64,000 bases of DNA, taken from positions 25,796,848 to 25,860,847 of the forward strand of contig CM120643.1 of NCBI GenBank assembly GCA_051362555.1, read 5' to 3'. The notes under the pieces are model-generated. The model was not told the DNA's origin, ran no database searches, and worked only from the letters and a program-made list of their open reading frames with translations. Source of the DNA: Lingula anatina (taxonomy: Eukaryota; Animalia; Brachiopoda). The position numbers and the translations under genes were made by a program. Below, one piece after another: positions 35,487 to 64,000 of the stretch. The first letter of the stretch is position 1, and each line of letters opens with the position of its first letter.

Positions 35487-38159
35487 ATGTCGGTTCATCA
35501 ACCACGAGTGCTTGGAAAAGGTAGGCCATAAACAGGTGATTGAAGGCATGTCTACGTTTGTCTTTGTCTAGTGCATTTGGATCTCACATACTGAATATAC
35601 ATTTAAATAATTGGGAGGTCAAAGTTTCCACGAAAGAGAGTAATCGGTCAGCTAAAACTTATGCACGCTAAACGTTCGTTTCATTGGCCCAAGGCTAGTC
35701 TCCGTGTCACGGTGACATATTGAATAAATTTGTCACAGTCTGTTAGAAACGTTGTTCTCTCCAGTAAATGGATTTATAGCTTCATCAATTGCTAATTCTT
35801 CACATTTCTATTCCAGGCTCCAGTAAGCCAGCCAGTACTGATAAGTTACATAGGGTGTATTGTCAGCGGTTCTGCCCATTCAGCGAGAGAGTTAAACTGG
35901 TCCTCACTTACAAGGAGATACCGTAAGTCACAGGGCGCGTTCCCAATGATACTATCGTACTTGGTAGATCAATCCAACTCATGTGCCTTTGGTTGTACTC
36001 GGAAAGAAGCGAAAAAAACTTCCAGAAGCCGAGCACACATGAAAGGTAATCACACCCTAGCTACCCAGTATTTAAAGAGGCGTGGCATTCAGTTAATCTG
36101 ATTGCATTAAAGAATCAGCAAGAGCCCCAGATGATGTGGATAGATCTAGTACTTAGTACGATAGTTTCATTGTGAACACGTACACCTATAAAAGTCATCA
36201 AGGAAACGAGACATTTAAAGCCTGCTACCACTGTGTATTTCCCTATAACTTATGTCAATTAAAATTAAATTGTAAAATAGAATAAATAAATGAATGAATA
36301 AAGAAAGGAAGAAATGAATAATGAAGATTGGGATAGTGAAAAAACTGGTGGTGGTGATGTTAGTGTAGAAGAAACTGTATACTCGGTATGTTGTCATATC
36401 ACTGATAACAGGGAGCAGAGACAATTCATAGTTTAAGGTAATATGTTAGATGACACGTACTGTAATCATTATAAGAAATTCTTATGTTATCAGTATTATC
36501 AAGGCATTCTTGATGTTATATTACATTAAAATTTTTATTTTTAGGTATGAAATAGTGAACATCAATCTTAGAAGCAAACCGGAATGGTATTTGGAGATAA
36601 ACGAAAAAGGAACCGTGCCAACCTTGGAAATTCCAGGTGGAAGGACACTGACTGACTCTGTCATCATTTGTGAATACCTAGAGGATGTGTTTCCCAGTCA
36701 GAAACCATTAATGCTCTCTGACCCTTACGAGAGAGCCTGTGGGAAACTACTGATGGAAGGATTTGGAAAAGTAAGACCGATTTTTTAAGCCCATTCACAA
36801 AGGCACATATTAACTATAGCTAGCAAGAAGTCAGTTGGCTGTTACAGTAGTAATCAGGCACCAGCCCGGCAGTAGTCTCCACCCAGCTACTGTTTATTCT
36901 ATCAGGTGGTCAACTGCTGAGCTGGTGACTCTGATTACTAAAGGGAACTGATGGTATCAAGTTATACCATTCAGTACTCGTTTTTTCAAGTTCATGTGGT
37001 ATTATCTATAATGGTGCATACGCACAGATTATTGACAATATGCATCTGTAGTCAATAAGACACTGCCCCTTCTTTCAGAAAGTTTCTTTTGGGTAATAGA
37101 CAGTTAAATAAAAAAATTACATTTCGTGTAAGATGATTTATTAAGCAATGAAAAATACTGTAGAGATTGGTGGAACTTGCCTTAGTTGTTGCTAGGACTC
37201 AAATATGCCCCTTGTGCACATAAATTTTCATAGTAACCAACAGACTGAAAAATGTAATTTACATACCTTGAAATCGCCAACATACAACACGGCTTCACCT
37301 ACGCACTAAAACCACGCTGACTGCCTCATATGCCGCAGGTCAGGCCTTCGCTCATCCGCTTACCCTTTGAAGTTTTGCCGACTGTCCTATCCTTGCATAT
37401 TCATGATATTGGGTCTTAAATTGTTGCAAATGTTATCATTTTTATTTCAGGTTATCGGTCCCTGGCACAAGGCTGCCTTTGACTCTGCAGGAGAAGATAC
37501 CCAGTCTGCCAGAGATATGTTTACAGCATTAGAAAGATATGAACAGGCAATCAAAGGACCATTCATGATGGGTATGTACATAGCAAGTGATGTAAGTTAT
37601 CTTTACTGGCATACTATAAAGGATGTTATTTTTACATCTTCAAGGTGAGAGCAATTCATTGTGGAAGATATATTTTCAAGTGAAATGAAAGCAATGTGAA
37701 ATTGGTGAGAGAAAGAATTTTAGATTTCCAGGCTAAAAATATTAATAAGTACAAAATAATTGTTATAGTTTTTCTTGACAGAGAATTAATGGCATTTTCT
37801 TTGTAAAAAGAAAAGTGATGTACTGGTAAAATAATTAAAATAATCAAATGACACATTAATAAATGTTTTATGAAAAAAATAATAAAACTGCAGTTTGCAT
37901 AGATTACATGAAAACTATTCCAGGGGATGCTATATCTCTTGTGGACCTCTACATCTGGCCGTGGCTGGAGCGTGTGGGGATGACATCAGTGGTGACAGGG
38001 GTGGGGTACCCAGAGGACCAGCTACCAAAACTGAAGGCTTACATGTCTCACATGATGAAGGTGCCTGCTGTGAAAGAAGTCACTTTGGACACTGACGTAC
38101 ACGTGGCCTTTGCCAAAACTCATTTTACGGGAAACCCAGATTTTGATATCGGACTGTGA
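35487..38159 (+). CDS. GSTO1: Glutathione S-transferase omega class, 5 exons
   Basis: MSVHQPRVLGKG|..RVYCQRFCPFSERVKLVL..|YEIVNINLRSKPEWYLEINEKGTVPTLE..DSVIICEYLED..PYERA|..|ISLVDLYIWPWLER..NPDFDIGL*. Active-site Cys retained (CPFS). Orthology to GSTO1 versus GSTO2 is not resolvable. Confidence 0.88.
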
Positions 38160-39165
38160 AGTTTGGATAAATGGGGTGAAATCTGAGCAAGTGCTATGTT
38201 AAAGAGATCAGATCAGTGTTAACTGGGAAGTTTTATATTGGGTAATGACTGTAATTGTACATGTAGGTTGATCTGAAGTTTAACAGGCAACAGTTTGCTG
38301 AAATCGGTATTCTGTGATCAAAGAAATATTGTAAGATGTTTTCATCAGTACTGAAAAAAGGTTTAAGAACTCAGAATGTCACAGATAGTACAGTACAATA
38401 CGTACATGTAGTTTAGTGTGCATCTTCTATTGAATATGTCTAAGGATGAGAGGGAGAAAAAAGTATATTTTCTATGTTAGAAAATTTATTATAAGCATTT
38501 TGATAATAGTCATTTATTTACATTGCATATTTACATTGTAATAATTTACAATATTAACAAATAATTGGCATTATTTACAGTATACATTTACATGATGTGT
38601 ATTCAGAGGTGCTTTTGGGAATGTGATGTCCTCAATGCAAAGAAATCATTCACATCATTCTTATATTTTGTCACTTCATGTCAAAAATACCTACTGCCTT
38701 ATCAAGTTCAAAGTCGCACAAAATAAAAAACTAACATATTTTTTAAACCACATCTGAGTTTTGCTTTGATTGTCACAATTTTTGCATTTGATATGCCTCT
38801 CAAATATACTAAAGAGACTATCAATTACTGTGTGAGAGCAAACGATTTTCTACGTGTATTGCACAAACCTCTACTTCTAAGCAGCCCCCACATTGCAGTG
38901 CATGTTTAAATGTCTTAAAAATGTGTATCTGAGATACATTGAACCAGCACACCAATTAAAAAAAATCATACACTTTAAACAGAAGAATAAATGGGTGGGA
39001 AATGTGTAGACAAAACTAACTCATCATCCTGCAGTTTCTACAAGAAGAGAGCCGAGAAATGAATTTTTTTCAGTTAATAAAATGACAATGTATTTTCTTG
39101 AATGCATATTGAATAATTCAAACATCTTATAAGAAGAAAAAACATTTCATAAAAAGTCCACTGTT

Positions 39166-42100
39166 TTACAACTTGATGCCAACTCTTTTGAGGTCCCCAA
39201 CCAACATACGTGCATTCATGTCATCAATAGTGATGGTTGGTTTGGGTTCTATGTCCAGAGCTTCTCTAGTGCATGCATAGGTCCAGGTCAGGTACTTGTC
39301 CATGTGTGGTCCATCAATCTCTGGGTCAGCCACAGTGATGCCCATTCTCAATGCATCCACATCCACTTCCCTGGAGAGGAAAATACAATGTGTTAGGTGT
39401 GAAAGTTTGATATTAATAATTGTTTTCATTGTTGGATGAATTTTTCCGACACTCCCAAGGAAAAACAATGAACAGTGTATCAGGCTGAAATTTTGATAAA
39501 AAATGAAACAATGTTTAGTTGCTTCTCATGCATTTTCACAGTCTACACACAATTTATAAAAGAACCAATAAATGGATATCAAATTATATTTAATAGCTAT
39601 AAAAACTATTACAAACAGCTCTAAAAATGAACTGGAAAATTGACTATTGTATGAAATAGGTTTCATCTTTGTTTATACTACTTCAGTGAGAAGCTATTAA
39701 TCCATATACTTACGTTTGCCCCTCCTCCAATGTTAGCTCTGCCTTGATATCATCAATGTAGACCTGCCTCTCTTTCTTCAGCTGGTTTTTGATTGCTGGC
39801 ACAAAAGGACCCGTGTTACCTTCATCATCCTGCAGGAGATTAGGAAGGGAAATTTCAAATAACATGAACCATGAAACTTCACTTAAAAACTCTACTTGTA
39901 ACACCATGCATTACTGGAATTATTGCAAAGTAACTGCTTACAGTTTTGACAAGAGAGTGAAATTCAAAGAGGATGAGATAAAGTTTTGGGCATTTTCAAT
40001 AAATTATTTGCTACTTGGGAGACCCCTCCTCCACCCCCCCCCCCACCCCCCCTCACCCCCCCACACACACACACATACACACATACACTTTCTTCTTTCT
40101 TGTGCTTCCCTTTTCTACCCAAATAGTCGCTCTCACCTCCATAAATAATTTCTTATATTCCAAAGTGTCACTCTCCACGGCCTCCAGCTCTATGACAGCA
40201 GCCTCCATGAGGGCGTCAATCCCTTCATCATCAGCATCAGGGAAGCATTCCTTCAGTCCTGCCTTGAAGTCAGTCTTAGCCACCATCCCCTCGTTGCCTT
40301 TGTCCATGTCTATCTTTGTCATGGTGTTCTGGACCTTTTCTATTGTCTGAAGCTCTGTGTGGAACAGGTCTTCATCAAACTGAAACATTCAGAAGCAGAA
40401 ATGAGTTGTGAATTGTGTGATACATTGGGAATGGTTTTATTTGCATTCTCACAAGAGAAATGTCCATTTTTTTAAACTAGTGCTCCTGGTTCTCAGTCCT
40501 GGCTGAACTCTAAGTGAGCTTTTTCAGACTGATTATGTTGTGTGCATCACTACCCTCTACCAGGGCAGCAGTTATTATAGTGGACATTTTTTGCTTGACT
40601 GAGAGCCAAAATGACTGTCTATTTATCTATAGACATATATGTGAATACTTGTGGAAAATCAATTTGTTGCCTTGGTAGATGGTAGTCTAAAAGCATGTAA
40701 TCGCACTTTTTACTATTTGTGTGAGAAGCATTAATAAAATCTACAATTTATAAATGAAACAAAACACTAACAGTTTGGTTAATTACTGTTTTTGTCCCTT
40801 CATGGAAACATAAAGGCAGTTAAGGTCACAGATTGTGCAGTGTTAGTACTGTATTTCATGCTGCCTTCACCAAAGTCCACTTTTTCATCTTTTAAAAAGT
40901 ATAATACACACCTGCAGTCTGTTTTGAACACTTACCTCATTAGTGAGTATTGACCAGAAAGTACCAATGGTGATATCCTGAGAGAACCTCTGACAGGCGT
41001 CGTGTAGATTGTACCCCCACTCCACTATCATAGACTCTACACCAAACCTACGCTGCAGGTACAGGTAAAGGAAATCATCCAATGTGGTACGGGTGCCATC
41101 TGTTTTCTATAAAAAAGAATTATTATTGTTATTGTGTCAGTTTCTTAATTTACTCTCTCCATGAAAATCATAAAAGGTAAATAAACTTGATGTATATTTG
41201 AAGTTGCAGTTATCATGAAGTTATAAAATTGATTTGAAAAGCCTCTACACTAGTAACACACATCACCATTATTTTGACAGTGTAAATATAAAAGAATAAT
41301 TGTAAAAAAAAAAAAAAAAAAAATGGAAACCACAACAGTTATCTGGACTTAATGCTACATGTAAAATTTACATCAATCGATCAGAAGTGAGTCTGTGTAA
41401 AGTAAACAGGAAATTGGACACAGCTATGACATAGTAGTAAGTAATAAAAATATTGCTGCATTTTCTTTACCTCTGCATCATGAGCTGCCTTCTCTCTCCA
41501 GATGTCTTTGACAAGGAATGCAGTGTCTCTCTTGCCTAATCTTCTGTTGCGTACTTGACCTTCATATCTCAGGTACTTAGGAATGCTCTCATCAGTTCCC
41601 TGATGAAAATATACCATATTTTTACATACTAGCATTGGTACATATATACAATTGTAGCACTTTGAATCTTCTTATTTCTTTCTTTACTTGTTTTCTTTGT
41701 AGGGGATGTTTATTTCCAATTGCAAATCTTGAAAATGTTACCTACATGTACTAAGATTAAGGTTTTGATTTTGTCCATTTTACCCCCTCATTTCCTCCCA
41801 TCATTATTCTGTCACATTCTGCAAATTTGTTCACTTCTTAAACTACCCTGGTTCTGTTCATTTTCATTGCAACATACTAGTACTCAAGTAAATTTCAAAC
41901 AAATTCATTTAACTAAGTTGTGTACAAAATGTTATTAAAAATATCAGACCACAGAGGTGCGGTAAGCCTACCTGGCCCTCAAAGTACTCAGCTCCTTCCT
42001 CCTCTCCCTTGCCACCCAGCTCTGTGAGGAGCACCTCCACCAACTCATTGCTGGTCTTCCCCTCAGACAACTCAGCCCACCTCTCAGCACCTCCCTGGAG

Positions 42101-45008
42101 AACCTCAGCCACCTTGCTCCAGTCAGGCCTGGGGGAGAGACAGAGGGTAATGTGTTGTATTAATTTTTTAGGGTTTAATTGATAAAACATTATGATTCTT
42201 GCTGTTGAGAAGGAAAAAAGGGGAAATTTTTATTTAATCTTTGAAGAATGTGAAATGGTATTTTAAGATGCCTTTAAAGAAAAAGAAAACATTACAAATT
42301 GAGGACTTTTCACAGTATTCAAATACTGAAGAAACAGAAGAAACAGAAACATCAAAAACAAGAAATAATAAAAAAACAAATTAAACAATAAAGATAAATG
42401 CTTTTCTCAAAGCATTGCTCTAGCCTGAAAATTAATCTAAGACCCCTCCTCTTACCTTGGAGTTGAGCATTCTCTGAGGGACACACTTTCCTGGTAGAAG
42501 TCATTCCTCTGCTGTTCAAGCTGCTTGTTGATGTCCAGTAAAGTGCTGCAATATAAACATGACAGGTATTACAGTCTATAAAATATCAGTTTGAACGGCA
42601 AACTTGGATCTTCATTGTAGCAATTATCTGTTGTACATGTTGAAAAAAAATTGATGGACATTGACACCACATGTATATTATACACCTAAAAGGTCATGAT
42701 AAAAAAAGAAAAAAATTGATTGAACACTTCCTCTCCATTCTGTAAATTATTACATATTTTTTTTCCAAACACTTACTCATATTCTTCTTTTAGTTTGTCA
42801 AAGTCATCTTGAAGTGTTGTATGTTTTTCTTCCAATTCCTGAAAAAATTATAAAGTAAAAATTTTACATGATATAAGGGTACATATTTTACAATAGAACA
42901 GTCTTTGTAGCAGTCAAGATAGATAAAAATAGAAAAAAAACAACAAGAGTGAACTATGAAAGGGAAATAAGGAAAAACTTTAGATAGTCAAGTAAAATCA
43001 AATCAAACAAAAAATTAGAACAATATGAAATTGCTTATGACCAAATTCCTATATTCTGTAAAACAATAGCCACCCATTCAGTTGTCTAAACACATAAACA
43101 CTAAACAACATACTCCATGCAGTGCACTGCATATTATTATTTGTTTGATCTGATCAATAAAATATGACAAAGAGAGGCATGAAGTCCAATGGAGTCTACT
43201 CACTGCTAGTTTTGCTGTAATTTGTTCAAACTCCCTCCGCGACACGACCTCCCCATAATCTGCCTCCATGATGGCCAGTCTCTTAGCAGCTGCTCGCTCA
43301 TCTTCTCGTGCTTTTCTAAAAATTAAAAAGAGAAAAACTCTATGACTACATTTTCTTTTTACAATATAGAAATTTTAAGTTCCTTTTGGTCCAGTTAGTC
43401 TAGAGAATAAAAACAATTACACATTTGAAAGCTTTATGATCTTTTCAGTGGAGAGGATCTCATCAGCTGTGTAATACACTCAGTTACTGTTAAAACAGCT
43501 ACTAGTACTTTAATAGACACACAGTAATCAGTGGGCAGTTATTTAGTTCTTAATCCTTGTTTCCAAGAAGCCCAAAACTTTGACTTACTTGAGAGCAATC
43601 TTCAACATGACAGGGTCGTCATCTTTGTCAATCTTCACCTCCACCTGTGTGGACATTAACAGGTCCTGTGTCTGAGATTTCAAGTCATTGATTTCCGAGA
43701 TGAGCAGTTTCCTGGAATCTGCCTCGTTCCTGTACATCTCTTCCTGACCCTCCAGCTCTTCCATCAGTTTCTTCACTGTGGCCTGCAGGGTTCTTTGTTC
43801 ATTTGTCATGTCATCTATTTTTTTATACAAACCTGCGTTTTCTTTCTTTAAATCGAATATTTCTGAAAGTACAAAAAATGTGATGATGAGGAATTTTGGG
43901 GCATTGTTTTGGTTGATCTTTCTTTGATAATGACGTTCATGGAAAATGAAGAATAATAATTGTCTTATGTTACATTAAGATAAAACAAGTGTATTAATCT
44001 ATTTCATTTCTGTCTGGTTATCATTGTCTTGACTAAGTGAAGTTCAATAATATTTCAGTAGAATTAAATACATCACATAAATATCTCATTTATTCCATGA
44101 AGTAGTACAATTACAAGAATTTTAAAGAATTTTCAAAAATCAAAAGGAAAATAGATTAATTTTTTAAAATCCAACTTCTAAATCAACATTGGAATTGTAG
44201 TCAACAGGATGAAGCTACCAGTATCTTACCTTGCTTTTCCTGTTCTCTGTGCTGCATTATTTTCTGATCACACTGTTCTGATACTGTCACCAGCATTTGC
44301 TGAAATTATTTGACATTTTGGTTACTTCAACTGTTTTAATATAATTAACACCATATGTTTCTTCCATTATCAGTACTGTTGTCATTTTTATTGCCATCAT
44401 CATAATTTTAATTACTTTGAATTCATAATTTGCATAATTGAAGTTAATGAAAAAATTGCAAGACGTCCCATATCAGTATTTTCCCTTCTATTGAACTTTT
44501 TACCACCTATATTCCTTCCATTTACCATAATTTCAAAAGAATATTAATAAGATGCAAATGTTTTTTTTTTTTTTTTTACTTTTTTATGGGAAACAAATGG
44601 TGTAAAAGTAATAAATAAAGGGGAAAATACAGTGAAATGTTTCTACAAAAATATACCACACAAATCACAAAAAGATCCATGTCAAAAATCTACCTTTAGT
44701 GGTTCCAGCTGCCGTATTTGCTCCCTCTGGTAAGCTAGCATCATTTCATATTCATTCTTTATGGCTGACAGAAGTGGCTTGTATGTCTTGAAGTCTTCTA
44801 CCAGGTATTCAAATACTTCTCTGTGAGCCTGGAGTAACAAGAAACACGTATATTTAGAAGTTGCTGTTTTTTTCCCCCTATAGCACCCTGAGTTTCAGAG
44901 GTTACTGAAAGGTACCAGTAGCCTTAATACTTATACTGGGGGTAAGTATGGTATGCATGGGCAATTTTCAATTACAGAAACTCAGTGAGAATTGTTGGTT
45001 TTATAGCT

Positions 45009-45041
<33 letters not shown>

Positions 45042-46547
45042 TTAAGACTATACTTGCAAGTACCATAAAACACATAATTACAAAACCGATGATAACCTTC
45101 AGATATTTTGTTTCATACAAGTATTTACCTGGGCTGTAAAGAAGGGCATAAAATATTTTTGCTAATTAAAAAAAAATGTCTAGCAACTTTAGAATTTAAA
45201 ATCAAAGCTATAACATTTCACTCACTTGTAACCTTAACTCATCAGGTTTGACATCTGTTACGCCGAGAGCCCTCAACTCTTTCTTTAAGTAGGACTCCAA
45301 TTGGTCGAGGAATCTAGGCTTTGGTATCATCTGTGGTTTCCCCATCTCTTCCTCATTCATGACCACCAGCTGTTTATTTCTGGACAGGTGTAAGGAGGTC
45401 TTGGACACAGAGTGACCTGAGGCATGTGCTGGCCATGTGTCCAACTCACCTGCTTTTGTATCCACATAAGGCTAGAATACAGAGAGATAGACACATGATA
45501 TAGAAGAAATTATATAGAGAGACAGAAAAATAATATAGAACTAAGAAGAGAATAATATAGAGAGAAAGGGAAAAATGTACATGAAATTAATATAGAGAGA
45601 AAGAAAAATAATATATATGAAAATAATATAGAGGGATGCAAAAATTAAAATAGATGAAAATAATATCAATATAATGATAATATTACATAATTCACATTCA
45701 ACTGTAAAAGCCCTTTATCTTGAATTTTAAAGTTGACAAAATTAAATTAGAAGCATGGCTACAGTGGGGAGATACAAACTTCCAGACATTCAAGTTTCAG
45801 ATATTTCCTTTAAAATGATAATGAAAATAATAATAATAATTATTTTACCAAGTTAGACCAAAAAGTAACAAACAGCACTGTGGTTTACAATGATTCTTTT
45901 ACCTTGAGTGCATGCGGCTGGGGAAGATTGTACTTGATATTGGATCCAGAGATAGTGTATGTTGGCCCTGAAAACCCCTCATTCTGTCTGGAAGAACCTG
46001 GGGAATATTCTGCTATTTGCCTGGAATTTAAAGAGACTGTTTAACAGAATGCTTTCCAGAAATGAGATCGATTTATGAATGCTGTAATCAATGGATTTAT
46101 TTTTAAGCTGGTCATACGCCACTGGCGTACATGAGTTACCTGTCACCTACCATAGCGTTCTTGGTACTTTAAAACATGGGGGTATCTAAATCAAAGTTTC
46201 CCTTATATGATGATACAATCCATGTGGCTTAATAATTTATCTTCAGTCATATACAAAAAGGCTGCAGCCACTGTATGCTGTCCACAACAATATACTGTAC
46301 ATGTACTCAGTACCTAATAAAATAATTCAGTGTTTGTTTGATTCTAAACTGAAACAATATTGAAATTGGTAAATAAGTTGTTCATCTCTGCTATTCATTA
46401 AAATTTGTCATTGACCGTCTGCATGCCCTGTAAGTGCACTGTGTTGGTGTTTTAAAAACACTGTAGTTAAATATAAACAACACAAATTTCATCAACTTAC
46501 CCTTGAATAGGCGGTAATTTCGCAAGAGCTAGCTTTCCCGAAGACAT
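39166..46547 (-). CDS. TSNAXIP1: Translin-associated factor X-interacting protein 1, multi-exon
   Basis: Exons with LDTWPAHAS, PKPRFLDQLESYLKKEL..LRLQ, YKPLLSAIKNEYEM, DDDPVMLKIALK, ADYGEVVSRREF, TPRPDW, YFEGQGTDESIPKYLRYEGQVRNRRLGKRD, EWGYNLHDAC, LFMEDDEG. ATG at 46547, stop at 39166. Confidence 0.85.
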
Positions 46548-46937
46548 ATTAGCTGTCACTTAGTTATTCTCTCTCGCTCCTTTTAAAGTAGTATGCTTTT
46601 TATGTCAAATACTTGTTTAAATTAAACATCAATACAAGAACTTTACAATCCATGCAGTCTGCTCATGTTCAAGATGGCGGATTGTTATGGTTACAGTTTG
46701 TCGTTAAAGTCAACCTGGAATTGCAATATAGATTGGTACCGAAGGAAAAAGTTGGAGAGTATAAAAAACACTGCTTATACCGCAAAATGTCTCAAAAATC
46801 ATTTCATCAGGTACATTGAGACACCAAATTTGAATCACAAATTAATTGTTTTGTTAATATTTTAACGACAATGGTTTGACGGCTCTAATTATGAACCGAC
46901 TTGCGGTAAATTTCATCCGGGCTATGAAATCACAAAG
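46548..46937. promoter_or_regulatory. Probable bidirectional promoter TSNAXIP1/RANBP9-10
   Basis: Divergent ATGs 390 bp apart, YY1-type motif CAAGATGGCGG at 46670-46680, and a weak X-box-like ttgttatggttac next to it. Confidence 0.6.
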
Positions 46938-62324
<15,387 letters not shown>

Positions 62325-62599
62325 GTATGTTTTGGGTGAAATTTTTTTCATCAAATAGAAAAAAGTTATAAAAGTTTTGAAAAAAGGATACCATACAACA
62401 CATGCATCTTTTATATACTATTCTTCACTACATATAAGCTAAAATGCATTGATGGAATTACACAATAAGATGCTGGGGGGATGTAACAAAAATATGTAAT
62501 GTACTGGGATAAATATTTGAAATTTCCAGAAAATGCCTTCATGAGAGCACAAATGTCTGATATATTGCTTTAAAAATGGAAAAAGCTATCAAGTTGTAA

Positions 62600-64000
62600 T
62601 TGTACCACCAGCGTAGGCGCTGGCGGTACCCATGGTTTTAGTCCCGACCCGTATGTTCCGCCGGCTCCGCCGGCTCCTGCGGCTCCTGCGGCTCCGCCGG
62701 CTCCGCCGCCAAGTCACTGTTACCGCTTCTCCTCCTAGACGGTAAGGGCCCCTGTACCCATCTCTTGGATTTAGGTCACCTATAATCTCAACTCGTTCCA
62801 CGTAAAATTTGGGCTTTGTCGGTATTGGGGTCTAGGTGTGGCACTCATTGCAATGCACCCTTGTCTAAAAATGGCAAAATTAAATGCTAATTATCTACCC
62901 TACGGAAGGAGTTATGGGAAAAATTTCTACAGACAGCTTTCCAAAAGTCATATGTGTAGATTTCAAATATGCCCTTGGATTTGACCTTTGACCTTTATTT
63001 CAAGGTCAAACAGGCCAAAATTTTCAAAAAAATGAAATTTTTTACGAAAAAAATTTTTTTTGCCCTGTTATTCAGACACCACACAGACTTAACCAATAAT
63101 ATTATTGGAAAGTGTTACCCTTCGGGTCATCTTTCATCTCCGTGAATTTGGGGTCAATCGGTGCATTTTCACGGGAGTAGCGGCCATAAAGTACCGAAAC
63201 TGAAAACTGTCTCTAATTCGGGAACCGTTAATGCTAGAGACCCATTCTTTTTTGCATTTTGTAGAGCATGTAAAGCCCAACACTGGAGGTGGTCTCCATT
63301 TTTTTGTATTCCATACGGTTTTCAAGTTATGCTGTATCAAAAAGTACATAATGGTGGTGAAAGCAAAATGTGCAGTACGGTAATGGATAATAAATTTTGA
63401 ACTCTGGAAAAATAATACATAAGGCTTGGCAAAGCAGACAACTTGTGGTCAAAAATGACATTATTTCATCAAATTTGAACTTCTGGAACTTCAGAGCTTT
63501 TCCTATTTTAAGAATTTTGACCAAAATGATGTTTTCTTTATTTTAATTAATCTTTTCTGTAGGAAATTTATGGCACATTATGGTAACTCCAAAATTATAA
63601 CATTTAGTCCCTTATATCTCCAAAACTGGCAGAGACAGGTCCATAGTTACCATTGAAGTTGAATAGGAAGTCATATAGTGGCAATCTTACTGTGACCTTG
63701 AAATTGACCTTTGACCTACTTTTCACCATGAACTGAACTTTGCAAATTTTGCTTCCCTTTTATCTCCAAAACTGGCAGAGATAGGTCCATAGTTACTATT
63801 GAACTTGAATAGGAAGTCATATACTGGCAATCCAAATGTGACCTTGAAATTGACCTTTGACCTACTTTTCACCATGAACTGAACTTTGCAAATTTTGCTT
63901 CCCTTTTATCTCCAAAACTGGCAGAGATAGGTCCATAGTTACTATTGAAGTTGAATGGGAAGTCATATACTGGCAATCTTAATGTGACCTTAAAATTGAC
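62600..64000 (+). mobile_element. Non-autonomous Helentron/HINE-like element with internal 146-bp tandem repeats, truncated by window end
   Basis: Starts TT plus hairpin gtaccaccagcg-tagg-cgctggcggtac (62602-62629), then (CCGCCGGCT)n-like repeats at 62658-62710, TGACCTTTGACC motifs and a 146-bp period (63615, 63761, 63907). Confidence 0.65.

Overview
AT-rich, intron-rich genomic DNA from an invertebrate animal, probably a lophotrochozoan or mollusc (inferred from gene and repeat content). Genes in order: 3' part of ZC3H3 (+); RECQL4 (-); CYBA/p22phox (+, head-to-head with RECQL4, with a U12-type intron); a complete 6-exon, 246-aa secreted two-domain expansin-like (EXLX-type) gene (-) seen only in fragments in the ORF track; GST omega (+); TSNAXIP1 (-) head-to-head with RANBP9/10 (+, runs off the window). 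An intronless RING/B-box/coiled-coil/NHL TRIM gene lies antisense inside a RECQL4 intron and is bracketed by degenerate inverted repeats. A ~6 kb tandem duplication (5103-10747 / 10793-17110) made a second, diverged TRIM copy plus decaying RECQL4 3' exons whose splice acceptor is amplified into a 46-bp array. Also present: several MITEs with readable TSDs, a near-identical inverted MITE pair, a tandem array of splice donors and a Helentron/HINE-like element. All calls come from manual reading; no searches were run.
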